Below, piece after piece: positions 13,914-14,219 of a stretch of 14,219 nucleotides of DNA. Origin of the DNA: Nitrosopumilus sp. (GTDB lineage Archaea > Thermoproteota > Nitrososphaeria > Nitrososphaerales > Nitrosopumilaceae); contig JAOTUX010000007.1 in assembly GCA_029863665.1 (NCBI GenBank), positions 1-14,219 of the forward strand, read 5' to 3'. The notes under the pieces were generated by a model that saw only the letters and a list, made by a program, of their open reading frames with translations, was not told the origin of the DNA and did no database searches. Each line of letters starts with the position of its first letter. Position 1 is the first letter of the stretch. Both the position numbers and the translations under genes were made by a program.

Positions 13914-14219
13914 ATGGATGTAAAATCTGCAATCCAAACAATTCCGGGATTGATTTCATCTACACCCGAAGCAATTCGCTCATTTGAGATATGGTGGGAC
14001 GGAAAACAAAAGCAGCTAAGGTATGTTTTATCTGCACAAAACAATCTAGATCTGGCAAACTACAAAATATCTTTTCAGAATGTGTATCCCAACGTATCTT
14101 TTGTATCTCAACAGGAAACTATTCCTGAATGGTTCTCTCCACATTCATCCTATGAAATATTTGACGTATCACTCCAACATGGCCATTATTCCACTATATT
14201 TGATATTGCAACACATCAG
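13914..14219 (+). CDS. Hypothetical protein, N-terminal 102 codons (3' end outside the window)
   Basis: From ATG 13914 the frame is open to the last base: MDVKSAIQTIPGLISSTPEAIRSFEIWWDGKQKQLRYVLSAQNNLDLANYKISFQNVYPNVSFVSQQETIPEWF... It is absent from the track because no stop is reached. The composition is non-repetitive and protein-like. I recognise no motif. Confidence 0.5.
   Translation, partial: MDVKSAIQTIPGLISSTPEAIRSFEIWWDGKQKQLRYVLSAQNNLDLANYKISFQNVYPNVSFVSQQETIPEWFSPHSSYEIFDVSLQHGHYSTIFDIATHQ

Noticed and set aside
13430-14044. ORFs 13430..13615(+), 13774..13959(-), 13790..14044(-)
   Set aside because: The first overlaps the oxidase 3' end out of frame. The two minus-strand ORFs overlap the better-looking + strand ORF that starts at 13914 and runs to the window end.
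1-14219. Search for tRNA, rRNA, CRISPR repeats, IS terminal inverted repeats, integrase or transposase
   Set aside because: I found no periodic repeat-spacer pattern, no cloverleaf-capable GC-rich segment, no tyrosine or serine recombinase, and no DDE motif in any long ORF.

Overview
This is an AT-rich window with archaeal-looking genes and very tight gene packing. A TFB-type zinc ribbon, an archaeal-style A24 prepilin peptidase and several copper oxidase domains suggest an ammonia-oxidising thaumarchaeon (Nitrosopumilales-like), but that assignment is inference only. I see four blocks. (1) Bases 1-4324 form a co-directional, translationally coupled replication and DNA-modification module typical of a plasmid-like or integrated mobile element. 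It holds a ParB-like HTH protein (5' partial), an untracked 53-aa Cys-rich ORF, a prim-pol/SF3 helicase fusion, a PD-(D/E)XK nuclease, a zinc-finger protein and a phage-type Dam N6-adenine methyltransferase. (2) Bases 4431-6691 are a visibly more AT-rich islet of four small genes in mixed orientation. At least two carry HEPN-type signatures (an Rx4H protein and an AbiV-like protein), and a third has a near-HEPN RNLAHG string. I read this as a candidate defence or toxin islet. (3) Bases 6848-10037 encode a short TFB-like factor, a degenerate ParB-like protein, a winged-helix protein and an A24 aspartic prepilin peptidase. (4) Bases 10504-13524 encode one 1006-aa protein with no signal peptide. 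It fuses a two-domain multicopper oxidase, blue-copper motifs and a galactose-oxidase-like propeller with a DUF1929-type tail. Two 37-bp direct repeats (33/37 identical) with a GGTACC-centred palindrome bracket this gene. A further ORF starts at 13914 and runs off the window. I found no rRNA, tRNA, CRISPR array, IS element or integrase by eye. All homology calls come from motif recognition, not database searches.
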